The notes beneath the pieces were generated by a model, which had not been told where the DNA came from, did not search any database, and saw only the letters and a list, made by a program, of their open reading frames with translations. A stretch of DNA of 64,000 nt from Octopus sinensis (Eukaryota): contig NC_043012.1 of assembly GCF_006345805.1 (NCBI RefSeq), positions 53,940,001-54,004,000 of the forward strand, read 5' to 3'. Of this stretch, positions 13,640 through 27,044 are shown in pieces (the stretch's first letter is position 1; each line of letters begins with the position of its first letter). Made by a program: the position numbers and the translations under genes.

Positions 13640-14460
13640 CTCATTATGCCTTGTGTTTGTAGGGGTCCACAATGGGCAGCAGTATTTGAGGTGGGGCCTT
13701 GCGAATGTGGAAAAGGATGATGGTTTCATGATCCCCAGATTGAAAAGTTCTGAGGAGTTAGTGATTTATGCCAAATTTTTGGATGCTGAAGATTGAGGTT
13801 ACAGAGTACTATAGTTATGGTTGGATGTTATGGATAGTGTTAGTATGGTTGCTTAGCACTACATCCAAGACATGTTGATTGGTTCATGGACGAGTTGTGA
13901 CAGGAAAAAAATCATCCATAAATTTGAAAAGTAACTCCACTACTTCTTTGTTTAAGCTTGAAGTGAAGGTTCTAATAATATTAGTGGACCAATCTACAGA
14001 GGGTAGGATGAAGTCGCCCGTCATCAGAATATTTCCTGGGTTAAATTGCAGGAGGAAAGATTTGATCTTCTCGATGCACTCTTGGAAATAGTGTAAGGGT
14101 ACTTGTGGGGGTCTGTAGAGCCCAATGACAGACAGGTCTTTACCTTTGTTGTGTACAGAGGCTGATTCGCAGTAGCCTTTGGAGAAAAGACCCTTGGCAT
14201 CTGCACTGAAAGAATCATGGAGGAAAACAACAACTATACGCTTTCTTTGGCCTGCCCAATCAGCGTGAATGGCAGAGATGTCTATGATTTTCAGTTCAGC
14301 CTCTGAATGACGGTCGTTTAGGTGGGTGTCAGTTAGGACAAGGAAAGGGATTGGCTGTCAGTATACTGCAATCCATCCCTAAATGTAGGATATTTTACAG
14401 TTTTGAGCTTTGATGGCTGGGTTGATACCTTGCGCATTAAGGAGGATTGTCGTTGTTAAG
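13640..14460 (-). mobile_element. CR1/L2-type LINE relic (APE endonuclease plus RT C-terminal motif)
   Basis: Minus strand gives LLNAQGI..VLTDTHL..SEAEL..VIGLYRPP..NILMTGDFILPSVDW..LDVVLSN, then FARPHLKYCCPLWTP. Confidence 0.8.
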
Positions 14461-15175
14461 GCAGCAGCTTCGTTGCGTTTCTTCAGGATCCACACATCAT
14501 GTTTGTTGGTGTTGCTGCCTTTCATCCTTTCGGGCTCGATAAAATAAGTAGCAGTGGAGTACTGAGGTCGATGTAATCGACTTATCCTTCTCCCACAATA
14601 CCCACACACACAAATACACACTCAGAAACTATTCTCTTCTTCCAAAATTTTAACCCATTGTTTAGTTTATTCTTATAGCGGAGAGCTGGCAGAATCATTA
14701 GCACGCTGGGCAAAATGCTTATCGGTATACCACAAGTCTTTAGACTGTGAGTACCAAGTCCACCAAGGTCGGCTTTGCCTTTGATCCTTTCGGTATCGAT
14801 TAAGAAATTATCAGTCCAACACTGGGATCAATATAATTGATTATCCCCGCTATCAAAATTTTTCAGGCCTTGTGCGTATAGTAGAAATGAATATTTAATT
14901 TCCTCTTTCCATGATCTGACATCAAATCCGCCTTGTGCTAAATCGCTTTTCTTCTAATCAGTGCTGGTAAAATAAGTATCATTAATATAATGTTGTCAGT
15001 TCACTTGTCTACGTTCTTCGTCTGTATGTTGTAACCTTGTGTTAGTAAATGAGTGTATTTACTTTTGACATCTAACGTTTAGAGGCTAAATCTGTTGTGA
15101 AAGCCTTTGTATTTCAAATTCCCTGGTTCGATACAATTGTTACCAGTAACCGTTTACAAATATTTCAATATAAAA

Positions 15176-15604
15176 GGCGCAGGAGTGGCTGTGTGGTAAG
15201 TAGCTTGCTTACCAACCACATGGTTCCGGTTTCGGTTCCACTACGTGACACCTTGGGCAAGTGTCTTCTACTATAGCCTCGGGCCGACCAAAGCCTTGTG
15301 AGTGGAATTGGTAGACGGAAACTGAAAGAAGCCCGTCGTATATATATATATATATATATACATATATATAGCTGTGTGTGTGTGTGTGTGTGTGTCTATG
15401 TTTGTCCCCCCAACATCGCTTGGCAACCGATGCTGGTGTGTTTACGTAGCCTGTAACTTAGCGGTTCGGCAAAAGAGACCGATAGAATAAGTACTAGACT
15501 TATAAAGAATAAGTCCTGGGGTCGATTTGCTCGACTAAAGGCGCTGCTCCAGCATGGCCGCAGTCAAATACCTGTAACAAGTAAAAGAATAAAGAGTAAA
15601 AGAG
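15176..15604 (+). mobile_element. tRNA-derived SINE family A (ggcgcaggagtggctgtgtggtaag head, central microsatellite, gtaaaagag tail)
   Basis: Homologous to multiple copies in the window. Confidence 0.9.
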
Positions 15605-16850
15605 TATATCTCCGTTTTCAAGCGCGACGAGCTGGCAGAATTTTTAGCACGGAGGGAAAAAAAAACTTTTCGTCCGTCTTTCCAATCTGAGTTCAAATGC
15701 GATGGAGAGCGACTTCGCTTTTAACTCTTTTGGGGTCGATAAAATAAGTACCATTTAAACACTGGAGTTGATCAAATCGACTCACCCTACCACCCCAAAA
15801 TTACTGGCCTTGTGCAAAAATTTAAAACTAATATATTAATCTTTAATATGAATTTTGAAATCATTATTTAATTGTTTCTTTACTTTTCATTTCATGTCTT
15901 TTAATAGAAACATCTCAGAATTTCAGCCATTCTCCTTCATGAAAGAATCTTTACTATTCACAATATTCTTCACCATGTTCTAAGGCGTGGTCCAGAAGTT
16001 CTTTCTGTATCATGTCCTATATAATATCTGTACCGTTTAAGCTTGTTCAAATAACATCAATAATTAAAATACTTCAAGCAAGAATATTATTCTCCATTTT
16101 TTTTGCCAAAGAAATCTGTCTAAATTGGTATTTTCACGGTGTCTTCGGTTTTTAATCTGGTTAAAGTATCAACAAATTGAATAATTAATTCCAAATTTAA
16201 TTAATTTTATTTCTCAAGGGACAAAATATTCAGTTCTAATTTTTTTTTTTTTTCCTGGTGAGAGAGAAAAATTTTACTAAACAGCTAAAATTTTACTCTA
16301 ATCAGTTCGATATGTTTAAAATTAGGTTCTTATGTTATTTTTCAAATTAACTTATGTAATTATTTGCTAAATGATCAATCTAATTACGTATGGAATTAAT
16401 TTAATTTATCGGAGGACAGAATTATTAGAGAGCAATAACGTCTATACTTTGTCTACTTTTCGTTCCAGCCTTTAGTCATTAATCTCCAGTCATTAATCTC
16501 CATTCGATCGTATATTTCTATCCAAAGCTATTATTTAATATAAAGCAATTTCCATATTCAAATATTGCAATAAAATGATTCATTTATATGCATACGTCTG
16601 TGTGTATCTGTGTTTAGCATATGTAGCTATCTCACTACTACAGTTTCGTGCAACAGTCCAGGAATTTGGACGCCATCATCTTCGACTGACATCTATAGTA
16701 ATCGGAGAAGTCAAACAAATGATGGCCGTGTCTTTCGCTTTCCAATCTGCCAGTGCAGAAGACTTAGGTGTCTAAATTGCTAGCCAATAGCGTGGAAGTT
16801 ACTATATGCGCATTACAAACACACACGTGTATGTATATATATATATATAT

Positions 16851-17415
16851 TGAGGAAAACGAGGTCACCAGGATTTGGGGAAAAGTTTATTCATTATTAT
16901 CAGCGCTTTCGTTCGTTTTTCGAACTTGTCTAATAAGATTGTGAAAGTGCAAACAGGTTGTTCATTTATGTAAAACATGTTTTTTGTTTTGTTTAGAAGA
17001 GAACAGTGTCTTGCTTTGGGGGTGGATGAGGTTTCTAGGACAATGCAGATAGATAGAGAGAGAGTGACATGTATTTACCGTTTATTTATTTATTTAATCA
17101 TTTACCATTGTATTGATATGGGTTCAAGGATGAATGGTGAATATAGTCAAGTGGAAGGGAGTCCTTCCCTCTCCCTACCAATCTATGTGTGTATTTATAT
17201 GTCTATCTATCTCCAAGGTCCTGGAACATCACCCCCAAAAAACAAAACAAAACCAATGTTCTCTTCTAAACAAAACACAAAAAAAACATCTGTTTTATAT
17301 AAATGAACAACCTGTTTGCACCTTCACAAACTTATTTCACAAGTTCGAAAAACGAACGAAAGCGCTAATAATAATGAATAAATTTTTTTTTATTCTGTCG
17401 ACCTCCTTTTTTCTC
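16851..17415. mobile_element. Diverged inverted repeat pair (~215 bp arms) with decayed hammerhead-like motif
   Basis: 16851-17062 is the reverse complement of 17200-17415. Motif ttat-[ttgacaa-like]-gttcg aaaaa cgaac-gaaa-gcgc-ta-ataa. Confidence 0.6.
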
Positions 17416-17449
17416 GATATACAATATCTGTACACCACTCCTGACACCA

Positions 17450-17512
<63 letters not shown>

Positions 17513-17556
17513 GTATAACTTATCCTCTTTCACTCATCTTGTGAGTATTGTGTACG

Positions 17557-17613
<57 letters not shown>

Positions 17614-17688
17614 GTGAGTAAGTGAGTGTGACAAGGAGATTGCACGGTTTAGTTTTATGAAAATTCATGCGATGTTATCTTCAATTAG

Positions 17689-18056
17689 GTACCGACATCA
17701 ACCGAGCTGTCGTTGAAGGTGCTAAGATGATGAAGACAGTCGACAACACAACAGCTGATGGCAGAGCCAGAGTTATCCTTTTTCTCACTGATGGTAGTGC
17801 AACATTTGGGGAATCCAGCCGAAATGTGATATTAAATAATCTTCATAAAGAAAATCTAACAAAAACACCAATATTTTCTCTTTCATTTGGAGCTGACGCC
17901 GACATGAAATTGTTACAAAGAATTTCTTTACAGAATTCAGGTGAAGTTAAACGGATCTACGAGTCAAATGATTCTGCACTTCAGCTAAAGAAGTTTTATG
18001 ATCAAATATCTTCAACGTTAATGACAGATATGAAAGTGAAATACATTCCAAAGGAA
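17689..18056 (+). CDS. ITIH-like gene, internal exon (vWA core)
   Basis: tag acceptor at 17686-17688 and gaa|gtgagt donor. Phase 1 in (A|GT = Ser) joins the previous exon in frame. Encodes TDINRAV...RVILFLTDGSATFGE...IFSLSFGADADMKLLQRISLQNSGEVKRIYESNDSALQLKKFYDQISSTLM, the typical ITIH vWA second half with LTDG. Confidence 0.95.
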
Positions 18057-18119
18057 GTGAGTCCTAGTTTATTTGTTTTGCTGTGTACGTGTGTCTATAG
18101 CCTTTTATTTTGTTATTTG

Positions 18120-18565
18120 TTTTTACTTGATTCAGTCATTAGACTGCGGCCATGCTGGGGCACTGCCTTGTGGAATTTTAGTCGAATGAATCGACCCTAG
18201 AACATTTTTTTTTCTTTTTAAGCCTGGTACTTATTTTGTCGGTCTCTTTTTGTCAAGGAGAGAAACAAGTAGAGAAAAAAATGCGTGTAGTAGCTAACGA
18301 TCTATCATGGCGTCTAACTTCGGACAGAATGGTCAGACGCGAGAGGGACAGTAGGGGAGATAACAGAGTCAAGTGACTTCCAATACGAATATATATATGT
18401 GCAACGGGCTTTTTTCAGTTTCCGTCTACCAAATCCACTTACAAGGCTTTGGTCGGCCCAAGGTTACAGTAGAAGACACTTGCCCAAGGTGCCACGCAGT
18501 GGGACAGAATACAGTGCCATGTGGTTTGGGAGGCAAACTTCTTAATACACCACCACGCCTGCGCC
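18120..18565 (-). mobile_element. SINE family A, interrupted copy
   Basis: Tail at 18120-18255 and head at 18400-18565, both in reverse orientation. Confidence 0.75.
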
Positions 18566-21151
18566 TATTTTATTTATTTATGTTTTGCTCTACTTAAATA
18601 AATAAAATGTCGTTTTATAATCCGAAGCTTCCTAAATGATCTCATTAGGATGCTTTTATAGACCTGTCAGAGAAGTTAAAGTGAGCAAACACCCAGTTGA
18701 ACACAATTGGAATGTAATTAAATAAATTCTAACACAAGCACTCAGTCGTGAAGTTTACTACTTTTGTGGGAAATAAATGTCAAATTGTAACAGTCACATG
18801 ATTTTTACTGAGAGCCTTCAAGTGTAGTGTATCTGGAGCAATTCCAGATTGTTATCAAATAGCAAACCCGATTAGATGAGAACCTATTTCCATCCAACGT
18901 GGAACCCATCACCGTATTGTGTAGCATTGGTATTTATTAACGGAAGGAAATGTCTGTGATAGATTTGCCCTATATTAAGTTAGGGAACGTCATAAACCTA
19001 TTTCTTTGCTTCTAATGTAACAAGATGTCGGCATTTCCCGACATATCTTTTAAATATTAATTTTTTCTTTTCAAATTTTGCAGTTTGTTAATATCCTCAT
19101 TTTGAGGAATGGAGGAATGTTCCACATGGGGATAAGATCTATAGTGTTTCTGCGTTCTAAATGAGTCGCGGCTTTGTGGGAAGAAGCTTGATTCCCAACC
19201 ACATGGTTCGTTACAATTGCATTCTTCGATGTTTGCAAGTCGATATAGAAACGAGCCTAAAATTTTTAAATGAGAGTCACAAGCTACCGTTTTCGATGCT
19301 GACGTCTCGTATGTTATCATCTCCAGCCTCATCATTATCACGTATATCATTGTCTTGTGCATCGGCGTCTTGTGCATTGCACGTAAACGCTAACTACAGT
19401 CGAATTAATAAACACAAATAGCAGTCAAATCTCTATTAAATAACACCATAGTTACCATTTGAAAAGCGAGGCGGAGAAATAGTGGATAGTTTTAATAACA
19501 ATACGTGACAGTCATAGCTAGAGTGCCGCTGAATGCAGATTTGCTCAATCAGAGCTGACTTCAGATAAATAACAACAGCCTATTTTCGACTAAACGAAAT
19601 GTTAAAGTGCTGTTCGTAACCAATAAAAAATTGTTAATGGTTCAATCACCTCGCTGGAACACTACGGTCTGGACTGTCTATGGCATCAAAATGGACAAAA
19701 CATAGGGAGAACTCATTTCTATGGTAATTCTCTTTACAATATTCATCATTCCAGATAACAAATGCAAACTGCTGTAGTTATCAGTGTTATATTACAATCG
19801 TAGTTACATGGAACCAATGACAAAAAATAATGACTTACTTGAAATACAGAGTTTAATGAGTGTATGATATTTCGGGCAAGAATACCTTTTTCAAATAGAA
19901 AACAATAATCAAAAAGTTCGAAGAAATGTGTTGTTACCAGTTGGCTATTCTAGTGCATCGTTCACAACGTTATGTAAATGTTCTTACTCTACTATAAATG
20001 AAACACGTGTAGGAGTTTCAAGATAACATATATCTACATATTTTGTTGTGGTTATTTTGATTTTTTATATTTTGATTTTTTTTCTTAATATTGCGGTTAG
20101 TAGAACAAGAACTAGATAAGTATTGAATCAATTTGGTAAATTGTACACTTTTATTCTTTAATTCTTTTATTCGATTCCGTTTTTGAACGACAGCCAAGTT
20201 TCGACACTGCCTTGAAGGGTTTAGTCGAACAAATCAACTCAAACCCTTATTCTGTTTAGATTTCGTATTAACTGAATCGATTTCTTTTGTCGACCTGCTA
20301 AGTTTGAGAGTGAGCATAACAAACCAATCTCAGTTGTCAAACACAAAGAGACTCACACACACATACATACAGGAGTATGTGCATGTGTGTGTATGACGGG
20401 CTGCTATACAAGTTTTATCTACCAAATTCACATACAACTCATTGGTAGATCTACGGCTATTGTACAAGGCACTTGCAGATGGTGCTGCGCAGTAGGACTG
20501 GATCCAAAGCCTTGAGATTGCGAAGCAAAATTATCATCCACTTGAACATAAATAAAATTTTTATCTTGATCTTGTATCGTTATTCAATTTTATAATTCAT
20601 GATGAGACTCTGCAAGTAGTTTAATTAAAAAAAACTAGCCATACTTTTTATTAGAAATGCCAAAGAAATTAGTATGTGTGGGAAATAAATTGTAAATACG
20701 TGGAGATAGATATTTTCTTAGCCAGACTAATTGATATAATATTGATTGACCGGGGCGAAGGATGGAAGTTTGGTTTCTCATCAATAACCCTGTTTTGTTT
20801 CTTTCTCTAAATAGTTAAATGTATCTGTCTCTCTAACTTCGAAAACACATAATCACAATGAAGTATCTTTCACCGCTATAAGCTGTATCATTGTTATATA
20901 CTGGGAAACTATTTCTTTAACTTGTGGTGTTTAGATTATATCCTTCTTTGAAACTATATGAGAAAAGGGGGGGGGGTAGTTCCGTGTACATCTCTTTGAA
21001 ACTTGCACTATATATGAGCCAACGAAGGAGCCTCTAGCTAGTCGTTCGACTCGCTAGTAATAACAGTCAAGTCTTCTCCCGCAAATATACCTTACTATCT
21101 TAAGTAAAAAGGTGTATCAACATTTTGATTTTTTAACAAATATTAAATATA

Positions 21152-21560
21152 GGCGTAGGAATGGCTGTGTGGTAAGTAGCTTGCTTATCAACCACATGGT
21201 TGCGTGACACCTTGGGCAAGCGTCTTCTACTATAGACTCGGGCCGATCAAAGCCTTGTGAGTGGATTTGGTAGACGGAAACTGAAAGAATCCTGTCGTAT
21301 ATATATATGAGTGTGCGTGTGTGTGTGTGTCTGTGTATCTGTTTATGTGTTTGTGTTGTCTTCCTCCCCCCCCCCCAACATCGCTTGACAACTGATGCTG
21401 GTGTGGTTACGTCCCCGTAAATTAGCGGTTCGGCAAAAGAGAGACCGATAGAATAAGTACAATGTTTACAAAGAATAAGTCCTGGGGTCGATTTGCTCGA
21501 CTAAAGGCAGTGCTCCAGCATGGCCACAGTCAAATGACTGAAACAAGTAAAAGAGTAAAG
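21152..21560 (+). mobile_element. SINE family A
   Basis: Same head, core and tail as the 15176 copy. Confidence 0.9.
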
Positions 21561-22124
21561 GACTATCATTTATATTTTAATACCAATTTAGTGACGCGTG
21601 TTACTCAACACTCAAACCTTTGATTATTTTATGTATATGTCCACTATACCCTGTGGGGATCACGGCCAGAGCACATTTAATGAAAAGTTTGCTCGAGAAG
21701 AATTGACCTGGGGCTAAACCACTATGACCATCAGACTTCATGAATATCATGTATTCAATAGTGATCTAACGACCCAGTAAATTACGGGCCATTAATTTTC
21801 ATTAGAGGAAGAAGTTTCGATGATTATCAACTTCCCTTTAAAATGATTTATTTTGATGTCGCTGCTTTCTTAGCAAGTTCAATAAATGAATGCATGTTGC
21901 GGCATCATACATTCTCTGTAACTCTCTCTATCTCTCTCTCTCTCTCTATCTATCTATCCCTTTCTTTGAAAGGAATAACATTTCAAATTCATGGAAATTA
22001 ACAAGGGCATAAATGTGTACAACATGATCATTAACTGGTTTAATTTCTTTCTGCCAAACATGCAACTTATATCCAATTTACATTTACCGGAAAATTAACT
22101 ACTATTTATACACTTGACTTTCAG

Positions 22125-22469
22125 GTCGATAATGGATCGATAACGAACAGCGAATTCAACCAATATTTCAACGGTACTGAAACAATAGTAGCTGGGAAAT
22201 TATCAGACAGTTACGTTAAACCAACTTCGTGGAATCTTGTCGCTAGAACAAGCACTGGAATGATAAAACGCTCAAAGAAATTTAAAACAATTCGCTTAGA
22301 TAAGTCTAAAAAGAAGTTCGGTTTTCTGACAGATAATGAAGTCGAAAACATACCCGAAAATCTTTGGGCTTACCTAAATATTAAACAAACTATAGATAAA
22401 TTGACAATTACTACTAATGAAAAGGAGAAAGGAAAATTATCGAAACAACTTTTGGATCTTTCTCTGAAG
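22125..22469 (+). CDS. ITIH-like gene, internal exon (post-vWA region)
   Basis: ttttcag-type acceptor at 22122-22124 and aag|gtaagt donor, phase 0/0. Encodes VDNGSITNSEFNQYFNGTETIVAGKL...ENLWAYLNIKQTI...LLDLSLK, matching the ITIH YFxGxExxVAGKL and ExLWAYLTI...LxLSLxY motifs. Confidence 0.93.
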
Positions 22470-23149
22470 GTAAGTGTAATTGATCATTCTGGCAAATAAC
22501 ATAATTTTCTTTTAATTATAGTTTTATATTTTGGCACGGGGGGAGGGTCTAAATCGATTACATCGATCCTAGTGCTCAACTGGTACTTATGTTATGCAAA
22601 GATGACCTCGGTGGAATTTGAACTCAGAATGTAAAGACAGACGAAAACCCGCTAAGTATTTTACCCAGTACCATAACGATTGTGCCAAATCACCACCTTT
22701 AATTTTTTTTTTATTATTGAAACTTACTCAAGTTCTACTTAAGTGAGTGAGCATAGCTGTTGCTTGAAATATTTCGTTTCATTTAAGCCCTAAGCTTTTC
22801 AAATGATTTAGTTCAGATAACATTGCATTAATCTAATTAGATAGATTGGTACACCTGAAACTGTAAAGGCATAGGAAAATAAATACCGTAAACCTGAGAA
22901 AGATAGCTTCAGTCCATTTCCTAGGAGATGAATAACATGGCGTTCACCTGATACCCATAGACTATCATGAAATTTGAAATCACCAAGATAGGAAGAAGTT
23001 AATTCAGTTGGAATAAACATGATGTTTGTAGTGTGATAGAATGAAGGAATTCCATGCGATTTTATGAGAGTTTATCTCGAACTAAAACCACAGACATTAG
23101 ATTAGATTGGTGTAGTATAGTAAGAAATTTAAAGGAGGAATTTTGGCTG

Positions 23150-23483
23150 AATACAGTTCCCTTCATTCACGTGACTTTTTGCTGTTCAGAAAGGGATGAA
23201 CGCCACGTAATCACGTGAATCCAGTTCCCTTCATTTACGTGACTTTTTGCCGTTCAGAAAAAGATGAACGTCACGTAATCAAGTGAATCCAGTTCCCTTC
23301 ATTTACGTGACTTTTTGCCGTTCAGAAAGGGATGAACGTCACGTAATCACGTGAATCTAGTTCCCTTCATTTACGTGAATTTTTGCCGTTCAGAAAGGGA
23401 TGAATGTCACGTAATCACGTGAATCCAGTTCCCTTCATTTACGTGACTTTTTGCCGTTCAGAAAGCGATGAACGTCACGTGAT
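23150..23483. repeat. 68 bp minisatellite, ~4.9 copies
   Basis: cagttccc recurs at 23154, 23222, 23290, 23358 (tagttcc) and 23426. Confidence 0.95.
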
Positions 23484-24529
23484 TACATCGCCTCTTCAAT
23501 AAAACTGTCGCCTCATACTCAAGCACAACATCAGTAAGAAGCACTCTTTGATATTATAGGTTGGTATGTCGGCCAAATATTTGAAAGGAGAAAGTTGAGA
23601 GAATATCTAGAAGGAGTCGACCCTGAGAATAATGACCTAAACGTAATGACTGATACGGTGTCCACTGTTAGAAATATTGGAAAGGCTACGATAAGAACTA
23701 CAGATATGTTTAAACCGAAGTAGAACACAACGATTACATTCTAAAGAGCTGAAGCTGTTCTAGAAGCATCAGTAGCCGAGACTTATCTCACTATGATGAA
23801 GGGAGAAAAGTTCACATCTTTTTAAAGCGATAAATTTCAATCAAGTTTTTTTTTTCCCCGAAAGCCATGATAATATATTTAGGAAAGTGCAGATCAATGA
23901 CATAGAAACAATGTTCTGTAGTGTGATGTTTCAGTAGAATGTGAACTTTGCACACACATATCAAAAATCATTGAACTCTTAGCGGAAAGGATGGATTATA
24001 TCTCCTTCGTGGAGTTTTAGCGATTCTAACAAACATATATATGAGTTTTAAAGATTGTGTCTCCTATATCTGCTTTGATGGGATTTCTGTGTTTAGGCAG
24101 GGTTTCAAGAAGTCGATATGTAGTGTATCTTTGCGTTATATCATCGTAAAAAAAGCGACCAGAAAAACGTCAGGGAAAGAGAGATCTGGGTGGCTTCGAT
24201 TAGAGAAGTGCTTAACAGAGGTTGTTAATAATGATATTGAATGTAACTAAATGAAGTGGAGGTAGTATCTCATCTGCAAAGTAATATATAGATTTAGTGA
24301 TGCTTGACAATTTATTAATGTAATCGAAAGGGAAATCTGAGACAGAAGATTCGTTGGGATTCTAGAATGTATGAACAGGAAAAGAGAGAGAGAGAGAAAG
24401 AAAGAGAGAGATGTTCGAACGATTAGATAGGATATGGTTTATGAGGAACGGATGTGATTCAAATTGATTAGTTCATAGCATAAGCTGTAAATTAGGAATT
24501 TGAGGTAGATACTATGCTTTGTGAAGTAA

Positions 24530-24684
24530 GAGTGGCTGTGTGGTAAGTAGCTTGCTTACCAACCACATGGTTCTGGGTTCACTCCCACTCCGTGACACCT
24601 TGGGCAAGTGTCCTCTACTATAGCCTCGGGCCGACCAAACCCTTGTGAGTGGATTTGGTAGACGGAAACTGAAAGAAACTCATC

Positions 24685-24738
<54 letters not shown>

Positions 24739-24940
24739 ATGTTTGTGTGTCTGCGTTTGTCCACCCAACATTGCTTGACAATCGATGCTGGTGTGTTTAC
24801 GTCCCCGTAACTTAGCGGTTCGGCAAAAGATACCGATAGAATACGTACTAGGCTTACAAAGAATAAGGGGTCGATTTGTTTAGCTAAAGGTGGTGCTCCA
24901 GCATGGCCACAGTCAAATGACTGAAACAAGTAAAAGAGTA
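24530..24940 (+). mobile_element. SINE family A
   Basis: Same head, core and tail. Confidence 0.9.
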
Positions 24941-25971
24941 ATACTTTTTTATAATTTTTGGCACAAAGCCAACAAGGTTGAGGGGATGGAGGGGTCGATT
25001 TCATCGATGCCATCGCACAACTGGTACCAATTTTATCGACTTTGGAAGAATGAAAGGCAAAGTTGACCTCGGCAGCATTTGAACTTGGATCGTAAAGCCG
25101 GGGCCGGAAGAAATGTTGCTTAATATTTTGTCCGGCGTGCTAACAATTCTGCCATGTCGTAATTGCTAACTGAATGCAACAGTTTTTATCTCACTTTGGC
25201 AATCGTGATAAAAGATAGAGAGACAATATTTGTGTCATATCACAAATTACTAATCTAATTTTTAAGTATAAAGTAATGGACATTAAAAACAATAATCACG
25301 TGATGAAACACATTAGAGATTGCTAGGATATATGTTACAAATTAACATATAAAATGATATATGAAACGAACCCCAGGAGATATACCGTTGTATCTGATGC
25401 ATTATAGTGTGCTAAAATAATCTTAACATATTTTGCTTATTAGTACAAAAGCAAGGCTGGCGTAGGAAACACATACACTAAGCGCATTCATATCGGTTTC
25501 AAATTTTGCCACAAGGCCGGTAAGTTCAAGGGAGAGAGTAAGTCGATCACGTCGGCCTCAGTGCACAGCTGGTACTTATTGTATCGACCCCGAATGGATG
25601 AAAGACAAAGTCAACCTCGACGGAATTTGAACTCAAAACATAAAAACGGACGAAATGCTGTTCCGCATTTTTAACCGGCATGCTAATGATTATGATAGCT
25701 CGCCACCCTAGTAAACGCATTCATATTAAATGTTTGCTTAAACACTTACCGTGGTGCGCGATTATGGTTTCGATTCCTGGACCGGGCGACGCGTTGTGTT
25801 CTTGAGCAAAAACATTTCATTTCACGTTGCTCCAGTCCACTCAGCTGGCAAAAATGAGTAACGCTGCGATGGACTGGCGTCCCGTCCAGCTGAGGAACAC
25901 ATACGCCACTGAAACCGAGAAACTGGGACCACGAGCCTGGCTAGACTTTAAAAGGGCGCATTTGTGGAGAC

Positions 25972-26265
25972 GCAATGGCCCAGTGGTTAGGGCAGCGGAC
26001 TCGCGGTTGGAGGATCACGGTTTCGATTCCCAGACCGGGCGTTGTGTGTGTTTATTGAGCGAAAACACCTAAATGCTCCACGAGGCTCCGGCAGTGGGTG
26101 GCGACTCCTGTTATACTCTTTCGCCACAACTTTCTCTCACTCTCTCTTCCTGTATCTTGAGTAACTCTGCGATAGACTGGCGTCCCGTCCAGCTGGGGGG
26201 AACACATACGCCACAGAAACCGGGAAACCGGGCCCATGAGTCTGGCTAGGCTTGAAAAGGGTGAC
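25972..26265 (+). mobile_element. tRNA-derived SINE family B (gcaatggcccagtggttagggcagcggactc head)
   Basis: A-box cagtggttag and B-box ggtttcgattccc. Homologous to the copies at 41312, 61002 and 7183. Confidence 0.85.
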
Positions 26266-27044
26266 GTTTATCGCTTATCGTTAAACACTTACCACTCACA
26301 CCATTTAACTGTCGCGTGTTCGCGTGTTCGCTTACCAAATGCATACATATTATCCTCTTCTACCCTAAACGGTGATACATAATACTAATCACTCACATAT
26401 GGCAGAAACACTTGCGTATTAGACACTCACATACTAAGCGCTTACATCCTAAACATGTACATACAAACAGCTTACATATGAAACTGATACTGAACATTTA
26501 TACACTTATTACATACTAATTAAGCCATCAAGAGAGTTTCCACGCGGTCGTTCGATCTGCTAGAAATAAGAGCCAAATCTCCCTCTAATTACATCGAATC
26601 GATTCGAAAAGTGAGAACACTTTGAACGTCATAGTCCTAGATATATTGTGACCGACAAAACGATGGAAAACCATTGATCACCTATTAGCTCGATGAGGTT
26701 AAACTTAGAACAACAGAAATACATAATAAATTGCAAATTAAACACTTAAATACGAGACAGTTACTAAAAACATGACATTGCTGTCACTTAGAAACGTGTC
26801 TGATTCGGTTACAGGTGTCATTTTTTCACAAAATGTTATATAGAGAGAGGGAGATACACACACCCAGAGACAAAGAGACAGACAGACAGGGAGAATTAAT
26901 ATAGTCAGCAGTGTGGATTGTTTTACCAAAAAGAAAACCTACAATTGTCACTAAATATGACTAGGGTTTAGAGACAGCTGCATTGTTAGAAATAAGAGTT
27001 AAATTGCTCTAATGCTGCTGTCAAACCACATAATAAATGTTCCT

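Noticed and set aside
23150-23483. CRISPR-like appearance of the 68 bp array (and of the 505 bp array)
   Set aside because: The units are contiguous with no unique spacers, there are no cas genes, and the context is eukaryotic.
23560-23712. Open + strand frame after an AG (GWYVGQIFERRKLREYL...) as the next ITIH exon
   Set aside because: Wrong phase for the 22469 donor and no similarity to the expected YxFVTPLTS continuation.
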